A DNA stretch of 44,741 bases from Chara braunii (lineage: Eukaryota; Plantae; Charophyceae), in assembly GCA_003427395.1 (NCBI GenBank), contig BFEA01000014.1, forward strand, positions 2,624,675 through 2,669,415, read 5' to 3'. The notes under the pieces are model-generated. The model saw only the letters and a program-made list of their open reading frames with translations, did no database searches and was not told where the DNA came from. The position numbers and the translations under genes are program-made. This document shows, in pieces, positions 36,346-44,741 of the stretch. The stretch's first letter is position 1. Every line of letters starts with the position of its first letter.

Positions 36346-36629
36346 ACCAGGACATAGCCCCAACCAACTGGAGAAGTTGTTTTGAGTCTCTCCAAAAATT
36401 TAGAAGGCCGAGCGCCTTAGATAAAATGAATCGGCGGCGGGCGGGCTCCGAAAAGGGCCCGCGGCCGATAGCTGGCATGTATTGTTGGTTTAAGATAGAT
36501 ACGATTGCATGCCTATATCATCACTCCTATCAGAGGGCAATTTTTCTTTTTTTTTTAAGGAAAAAAAAAACTCGTAACCATTGTGCACCACCAACACACC
36601 GCACACCCAAGAACCCCTGACTCTCCACG

Positions 36630-36815
36630 TACAAAAGACGGCTGACTCTTTCATAAGCACCGAAAGGGAGTCTAACCGACTATGCGCTAGTTATTATACA
36701 AAAGAGCGCTGACTCTTTCTCAGTGTTCATGGCACCGAAAGGGAGTCTAATCGAAGATGCGCTAGTTATTATATTGACTTACCATGAGGGCAGAGGTGCA
36801 CAGCCCGTAGTTTGT
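36630..36815 (+). mobile_element. Possible tandem Helitron 3' termini
   Basis: Two copies of hairpin GACTCTTTC..GAAAGGGAGTC + 14 nt + CTAG|T, then a 42-bp segment also found at 41407-41448. Confidence 0.4.
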
Positions 36816-37603
36816 TTGTTGATGTGGTTGGGGAAGGATACGGTAATGATTTGTCATGTTCTCCATACACAACTCGAAGAGTGTGTGCACGTGGGGTTCC
36901 GACTTGTGCTTATTCACAATGTTCACGGGGCGCTGGACCCAGTTTCCAGCAGGTGCAGCTCCCCACCAATAGACAGGAGAATGTGTGNNNNNNNNNNNNN
37001 NNNNNNNNNNNNNNNNNNNNNNNNNNNNNNNNNNNNNNNNNNNNNNNNNNNNNNNNNNNNNNNNNNNNNNNNNNNNNNNNNNNNNNNNNNNNNNNNNNNN
37101 NNNNNNNNNNNNNNNNNNNNNNNNNNNNNNNNNNNNNNNNNNNNNNNNNNNNNNNNNNNNNNNNNNNNNNNNNNNNNNNNNNNNNNNNNNNNNNNNNNNN
37201 NNNNNNNNNNNNNNNNNNNNNNNNNNNNNNNNNNNNNNNNNNNNNNNNNNNNNNNNNNNNNNNNNNAAAAAAAAGAAAAAGGTTATGTTCTATTGGAATA
37301 CAAGAGTTTTTTCTTTTTGAAATTCGAATAGAAAGGGTGCACTTGTATTCAATAGCAACGCGCACGTGTTCTATTCAACGTGTTTTCTATTCGAGAAAAG
37401 TGGACCAACGCCGTTTCAATTTCGAAATGTTCAAAACTCAAGGACCGCGGCGTCCTCGTCCTCCTACTGGCAGCTACCGGTCCTTCGCATGCCCCACCCC
37501 TTGCTAAGCCCTCACCTCAAAATTGCCCACCCTCCCCAATGACCACCGATGTTGAAAGTTGAATTGACGTTGAAGGTCTCAAGGGCATAAAACGGAACCC
37601 TGA

Positions 37604-37744
37604 CGGGCTGCGAACGGACTGCGAACGGGCTGCGAACGGGCTGCGAATGGGCTGCAAACGGGCTGCGAACGGGCTGCGAACGGGCTGCGAATGGGCTGCA
37701 AACGGGCTGCGAACGGGCTGCGGACGGGCTGCGAACTGGCTGCG
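37604..37744 (+). repeat. 11-bp tandem repeat GGGCTGCGAAC (~13 copies)
   Basis: Seen directly; no unique spacers. Confidence 0.95.
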
Positions 37745-39106
37745 ATCTACGTCCTAGTCAAATCCGCCAGTCCAGGCAACAAGTACCGATGTTCCACATA
37801 CCAAGTCTGGTAGGCCCAACCAAGGTCCACACTACAGGGTCCATTCCACAGAACCAGGAGGCCTGGTCGTGCTACCACGGGGTCCAAAAACGCAAGCCAG
37901 GTAAACGAGAATAAAACCCCAAACGGTGAACCCGGGATCGATACACCACCAGCCCAATCAGTAAACCTGGGCCCCGGTCGCACTGTCATCGTGTAGATGT
38001 AGCTAACAACACTGTGCAACACCGTGGGTAGCAGCAAAGGCACCTTGGAGGTCGTTTCGTGCCCGGGAGGTGTTGCGTCGTCCGCATTCCCCAATGGATA
38101 TTCGGTTTGGTGGTGTAAGGCAATCCTCAGTCTGGATACTGTACTTGGGCGCTGGGGAGGCGAATGTCGCTGGGCGCAGGGAGTGTCCACATTAGCCTCA
38201 CAGGCCCACAGTAAGATGGACTGTGTCATCTTGGACGTTATGCAAAAACAGGACACAGGTTATGGGATCGAGCCCCAATGAAGCTGTAGTTGGATTTGTC
38301 TTGCGCAGTGCTCCCACGAGCGTTGCCAGAACTTTGTGGCCAAGGGTTGCATGATATTCCAGAGTCTGCGATCCCCACCGTCATTCCTATGAGATTGTAT
38401 TTGTGTCCAAATCCAATGCAAGCAGAGAGGTCGTGCAGCCTTCCACTGCTGATAAACAGACCACGGTTCGACTCACGTGCGGCCACATTGCCAAAATACA
38501 AGTGATCTGATCACACACTCGGGTTGGCTTCCACTCGCAGCCACATAACCAGTATACGACTGTTCTGATAACAGACCCAGGTTCGATTCGACGTGCAGTC
38601 ACGTGACCATACCACTGTAAATAACATCCTTGACAAGAACACTCATATGCACACCAGCAACTTACGACCGGTACCATGTGCATTTACCAGCCAAACAATC
38701 TGCAACACACGCACACACACAGGATTGCAAGGTTGGTGTGAGTAATGCCGACCACTTTTCTCGGGGTTAACGCTAACTCTGGGCGATGTGGTGAGTCCTT
38801 CTCGATCAGTCAAATGCATCCTGGGCAGACTGTCGGGGCTCAAGTTCGTTCAACCTCTTGATGTGTCGGTGAAAATCCGACGAAATAGTCTGGCACAATC
38901 ATGCTTTTTTTTAGTGTATAGCAAATATGACAACACACACACACGCACACACAACACANNNNNNNNNNNNNNNNNNNNNNNNNNNNNNNNNNNNNNNNNN
39001 NNNNNNNNNNNNNNNNNNNNNNNNNNNNNNNNNNNNNNNNNNNNNNNNNNNNNNNNNNNNNNNNNNNNNNNNNNNNNNNNNNNNNNNNNNNNNNNNNNNN
39101 NNNNNN

Positions 39107-39184
<78 letters not shown>

Positions 39185-40119
39185 TGTGGGACAGTGTCCA
39201 AAATATTTTGACATCGCACTCCGTATGCACAGCCATCGCCATATCGCCAGTTTCTTCACTGACTGCACGATCTCCTGCATGATTAGTCCGTTCGGATTCT
39301 GTTACATCTGTTCTATGAAATCATGTTGTTGATGAATACCTGAAGTGCGTTTTTCTCAGGGTTGTCTAGTGAACAGGGACGTTTCTTGTTCTTCTTGTTT
39401 GGTTGATTTTTAATTTTATTTTTCCCTTTTTTAAATCCCCATCTATTATTTTAGTGTACAGAGTTGCGGAACACTTCATGGTCCTCTACTCTACATAGCT
39501 GCCAATAAGTTAATGATAGTGTACACAGTCCACGTGACCTCTACGGTTGCAACGACTACTTACACACACATTTACTGTTACATTCTGCGACTTCACACGG
39601 GCCTTCACAGGCCCGACATACCGGTTCAGGGGGGTACCCAGGCCGGCCTCGCCAAAAGACAGGCCTTTTCCCCCGGTAGGCCCTGTTAGGCCACCGGTTG
39701 GCGCCTCAGTGCCTAGCAGACCCAGTCTGGCCCAAAACGACATGACCGTTTCGGCCTGGCGGCGCTCTTGAGGCTGCCGCCCGCCGGTCTGAGCTGAACG
39801 GTCATTTCGACGGTTCAGCCCACGGCGCAGGAGGCCAGCATCAAGGCCGACCGGCTGCCGGACGGTACTTAGGCCGGTCCAGCGGCCATTCCCACATTCT
39901 GGAGCACTGGCACACTGGAGGAGCGCTGCGCTATTCTGTTTAGAGCGCAGCGCTAGAGGCAGCAGCGCGAGGTTTAGCGCTGGACTGCACCGGGATAGAG
40001 AGGGCAGGAGGTACTTACCTGGCGCTTACCTGTGGCGCCATAGCTCCAGCTTGAGGGAGGTCTTCAACGGCTCTAGCGCGCACCTGCAGGTAAGGCCTAG
40101 GGCCAGGGACAGGGCAGCG

Positions 40120-40540
40120 AGGATTCTCCTCCTCCCTACCTCACCATCTCTCCCTCCTCCTCCGCCATCTCCTCTTCTTCTTCTTCCTCTTCTTCGTCAG
40201 ACTTATCCTTCCTCTTCTTCTTCTTCAGACTGGAGACGTTGGTACGAGTTGGACAGAGATCAGTGTTTGGACTCAGTGGACTTGGAGATAGTTGGGATTG
40301 ATACTTGGCGGCATCACAGATATGGACACCGGTTACATTAGGAATCTGTACCCCGACATTGGTGACTTATTGTCCACGACATTCTGATCTTTGTTCAGTG
40401 ACATTTTGGACTACCATATTGGTGACCTACTGGATTCTATCTCGGTGACATCTGGCGCTGCCTATACCTACCACCTCCATCGTCTCTCCTCCCACCTTTC
40501 ATCTGTGTATGGTTGTACGGGGCCTGAGCATCGTCTATGA
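40120..40540 (+). repeat. LTR-like remnant resembling 29000-29242
   Basis: Same succession: CT-rich block, gacttggaga, repeated gacatt motifs, and a similar end (tgtacggggcctgagcatc vs tgacgagactgggctcatc). Confidence 0.3.
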
Positions 40541-40711
40541 TTGGCTTAGACCCCACCATCTCACGAGTGCATGTGTGTTGAGTGATATCTGGATGAGTTC
40601 AGTCTATGTGAGTCAGTCCATTTCTCAGACGTCCGCTGCATACATGCTCATCCTATATTGGTTGATCTTTGGTTCTGCCCATACTTGTTGAAGTATTCAC
40701 TAGTATGCAAC

Positions 40712-40785
<74 letters not shown>

Positions 40786-40863
40786 NNNNNNNNNNNNNNN
40801 NNNNNNNNNNNNNNNNNNNNNNNNNNNNNNNNNNNNNNNNNNNNNNNNNNNNNNNNNNNNNNN

Positions 40864-40926
<63 letters not shown>

Positions 40927-41942
40927 GCACACACACACACTGCTAGAAAATGGGATGAACGTCCACAAAAGCATTGGGCCTCACTGCCATCTTTGTTTGT
41001 CTTTTGTGCAGTCCGAGAGGAGTGTAATTAGACACCAGTGGCATCCCGATTCAGTATACTGCAGACAATGATGTCCTGTGAGCGCGCAGCTACAGCTGAC
41101 AGGCACTCTGTCAATTGTAGTGATGAGCGTCGGCATAGAAAGAGGAGACAGTGAGGCCCACCCTTCCCATTTCAGTCGTCTATCTGTGTGCTTACCTACC
41201 GAGCTCCAAACCCGGTAGTTACCTACACAATGCGGAAACGGTCTGGACCCTAACATCCAATGACATTGCATCATTTTATATACATATACCGCCTGCTTCA
41301 TCAATTTTTGCGGACGAAGATAGGGCCATCCATCCCAAACTCCATGGACGAACGCTCGCACTCGCCCATGCCACACGTTATCAAAAACTACCACTATACG
41401 GTAAGATTGACTTACCGTGAGGGCACGGGTGCACAGCCCGTAGTTTGTATATGCTTGATTGATAAAGGAGGCGTTATTGGTGAGGTTTAGAAGTAGGGTG
41501 ATTGTTGCATGAAAAAAAAAAGTAGTATTTGTGTGTATGTGTCAAGATTAGTGTGTGTGTGTGTTTGTGTGATACTTACAGTGTTTGTGTTTATCACATC
41601 TGTTAGTGTTGGAACGTGTGGGATTTAGGTAATTTGTATGGTATTGATGTATTAGATATTTGACATACCTTGATTCATAGTTGGCGTCGAGGCTGGTGAT
41701 CCTTGAATCTTGGTCCATATGTCGTATATGTGTGTGCTTGAGTGTTTGCTGTTGTAAGTTTTTTTTTTATTAAATAAAATTGTTTTGTCGCATGTGACTC
41801 ACTCAATCGGGCGGTGAACGTGTGGGGCATTGAATACGTCCACGGCCAGACACATCTGTTTGCACTTGCGAATGCAAACAGGTGTGTCTTTCCAACCTGC
41901 GGCCAAGGCCGCGCCCTTTCCAATTCAGACTTTTTCATTTTT

Positions 41943-42156
41943 CACCCTGCCGCTGCTTTGCCACCGTTTCGACTTAAACCCAGTGCACGGTCCCACGGGC
42001 AGCTACAAGTCCCCCATTTTCAAAGAAACTGCCACCCCCCCCCCAAATATCCACCCTGCCGCTGCTTTGCCACCGTTTTGACCAAAACCCAGCACACGGT
42101 CGCACGGGCAGCTGCCGGTCCCGCATTTTGCGAAGAAACTGCCACCACCCCCCAAA
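41943..42156 (+). repeat. ~109-bp tandem duplication
   Basis: caccctgccgctgctttgccaccgttt...cacgggcagct...aagaaactgccacc twice. Confidence 0.85.
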
Positions 42157-44053
42157 GTGTCGTGCCTGCACCTGCCTGCATTTTTCGAACCTCCCAACGA
42201 CCAAACGAGCCCGAATCAACGAGTTAACGCGGCAATTATGGACTCAGCCTCAGTTAGACTGTGAAATGATTAACTACGTAGTTTTGCCTCTAGACGATAG
42301 GGCTTGCGTACCTAGCAGGCCAAGGAGGACTCAGTGGAGTACTTGTGTCTTAATTTTCAGAGTAGCAAGGCGCTTTTGTCATGAAAGTTTAGAGGGGAAC
42401 ATAAGATTTGATTTTGCCAGTGATATGTATTCATGATATGTTCTCAGATTACAGAGCTGGTTCACAACATCTGTCGCGGTTCACCTCTAGCTGTGGAGAT
42501 CTCCAGTACCAGAAGAGAGAACTGGGGTATGCCGAAAACTGCATCTTGACCCTAGACTTCATTTATAATGTCATGCGTCAAGTAAGTACTATATCTCTGT
42601 CTCTGTTGGATTAACCAGCTTTTAACCAACACTTGGGCTATTGATTGCTGCTAGTATTAGTCTCCGTCGAGTAGGAACTTAACGATTAGGTAGACCACTT
42701 TCCTCAGCTGTTGCTTTCTCCCTCTGCGGTTCATTTCTCCATCTCAGCACTCAAGGGAGACACTGATTCATTCGACGTGCGGGGTTAGGCTGGTAGCTTT
42801 GCTCAGGGACTGTGCACCCTTAAGTATACTTGACCTTCTGTGGTTTAAGGCTTGTTCGGCATCCACAGACCAATATTGTTGCAAGATCGTGAGTTCATGC
42901 AAAGCGCTGCTCCAAACAAGTACTTGCGATCGTACGGTTACGAAGGGTGTATTCGCCTGATCATATAAGTACTTTAATGCCCATACAAAGACACGCCCTT
43001 GTGGCTTTGCCCGTACGTGTTCCTAAGATTGTCATCAGTCATGTAATTAGATGCTTTTTTGCTTCAACTTTCAATCTCGTGTTGTCACCCTTCTCCGCTA
43101 CCAACGGTTGGCCAGCTAGGCAGTCCCACCCAGGTAGCGGAGACGTATGACTAAAAATAGTTGGTCAATGGGGAGTAGACTAGTAATTTTCTATTGTCTC
43201 CCTTTCTTTTGAAGCAAAGAAACGTACATCGTGGTGAGGCCGTATATGGCTCCCGATAATAGCGTCAGGTCCCAGAGATGGGGTTTCATAAGGCTCACCT
43301 ATGAAAACCTGACCACACAGAGCACGCCTAAACATGCCATTGGAGAGAATAACAATATATCAGTTACACAATCAGCGAAGAGCGTAACTGATGTACAATC
43401 TCGCTCATAGGTGATGTCATCAAGGAAAAGGAAGAGCGAGGATGTTCTTTGGGCGTCTTCTCAGATGATTTGACGTCGAAATATACATAAGCATAACTAG
43501 TAATTTTTGGTAACAAACACCTACCAGTTAATGGTCATTCCTCCCCCAGATCACTCGACTCCGCGTAGCCTCATCATGACTCATAAGCACTCCCATCAAC
43601 GACCCTGATAACTCAGTACACGATTTCCGTGTAGCTCAACGCTTCGGTTTTCACTTTATATCAGAGACATAGAAAGTGAGTAATGACCAGCGTGAATCAT
43701 GGTTGGCTAATTGGCGTCAACGATTAAGTCTGCGCGTGCCACTGGCATCTCTTACCAATTAGGTTCGCCCTTCTTATGTACGCCTACACAAGTTACCAGT
43801 TTGTTCGAGTAGTTGCAATCAGAACTCATCCGCGGACAGCAAAGATCGACTGGCAAGACTGTGATCACTTTTTCCTTTTCTTCAGAGTGTCGTTCATGCA
43901 CAGTTCGCTTCTCAAGCGTACACCAACCTATACCTTGATCCTGGCTGACCGATCTTCTATGCCCCTCGGCTCTAATCTCACTCCCCACGAACGTTGTTCT
44001 CCTGGTCTCTTCTATAGCTCAGCAGACGGGTAGTTCTCACGCCCCCATTCCTT

Positions 44054-44055
<2 letters not shown>

Positions 44056-44092
<37 letters not shown>

Positions 44093-44741
44093 CAACAGGG
44101 CCTTATGGTCCTGGCTCCTTCTATTCTGGGGAGCGTCAGTCCGGTTCCTATTCCTCCGGCAAGTCAAAAATATATACAACAACAATTAACGCTCACACAC
44201 GCTTCCTTCCGTCTGGCCGAAGGACCCCTGAGCAGCATTGATTGCTCCACCCCGGGAGGATTGACTGCCAGCTTGCCTTGTCCCTCTCTTTCCTCTCAGA
44301 TCCGGAATCCAGAACTGTCAGATAAAGCACTTGAGCCTAGAAAGAGCACGACTGCTACCCTTATCCACCTGCTTCTTCTCTTTTCAATCACTATTGCCCC
44401 CCTTCGAACAGTCANCCNCTTGTCTTTGTAACCAACAGTTTCGGTCTGCAATGTTGTTGTCCGGTCGTCAGAATTGGGCCCTGGCAAGGAGCTCATTAGC
44501 TTCCGGCTCTCTGGGAAGGGACCCCCCTTATGTGACCCCATTTGTGTTTTCCTTGTTTCCTCATCATNTGTGCCCCCTGGATTATGTTTATCCTCTTGCA
44601 GCNTAAGACGTGGTTAAGTCTTCCCTCGGTGACTGACGTTGGAAGTCCCTTTCTGGACTTGAATTATGCCATCTCTCCCAGCATACCCGGTCCTGTCGCA
44701 GTTCTCCAATCTTGCCATCAACCAGCCACGTTCTGTAAAAA
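44056..44741 (-). mobile_element. 3' end of a divergent LINE family running off the window
   Basis: T-tract 44056-44092; variant motif B 44113-44160, motif A 44228-44271, motif C variant 44292-44324. Confidence 0.7.

Noticed and set aside
37604-37744. CRISPR-like array
   Set aside because: Pure 11-bp tandem repeat with no spacers, no cas genes and a eukaryotic context.
37747-38850. Short ORFs on both strands
   Set aside because: No recognisable domain or consistent frame; cannot be supported as a gene.
42700-44030. Possible decayed retroelement RNase H (..VFVWALKYLY.. on minus strand)
   Set aside because: Single weak motif with no supporting neighbours.

Overview
Eukaryotic, repeat-saturated window with several N gaps; no intact host gene is recognisable. 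The mix of elements is reminiscent of a streptophyte alga such as Chara, which is an inference only. Bases 2-20 kb are a nest of L1/Tx1-type non-LTR retrotransposons from several divergent families. They include one full-length but disabled 9.6-kb copy (7083-16702, minus strand) with a clear target-site duplication. A Penelope-like element follows (RT plus a minimal type I hammerhead ribozyme, 25.6-28.5 kb), then a decayed Ty3/Gypsy element (LTR, tRNA-iMet PBS, gag-pro-RT start) with another LINE inserted in its leader, possible Helitron ends, and micro/minisatellites. The most interesting signal is a modular structured-RNA 3' tail shared by otherwise divergent LINE families: motif C (UCUGG-stem-AAGAGG), motif A (conserved internal loop), motif B (hairpin plus H-type pseudoknot), a long terminal hairpin and poly(A), with compensatory base changes between copies. 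Part of this tail (motifs A and B) also ends a ~2.4-kb candidate non-autonomous retroposon carrying an unrelated Asn/Asp-rich ORF. All alignments and folds were done by eye, so boundaries are approximate.
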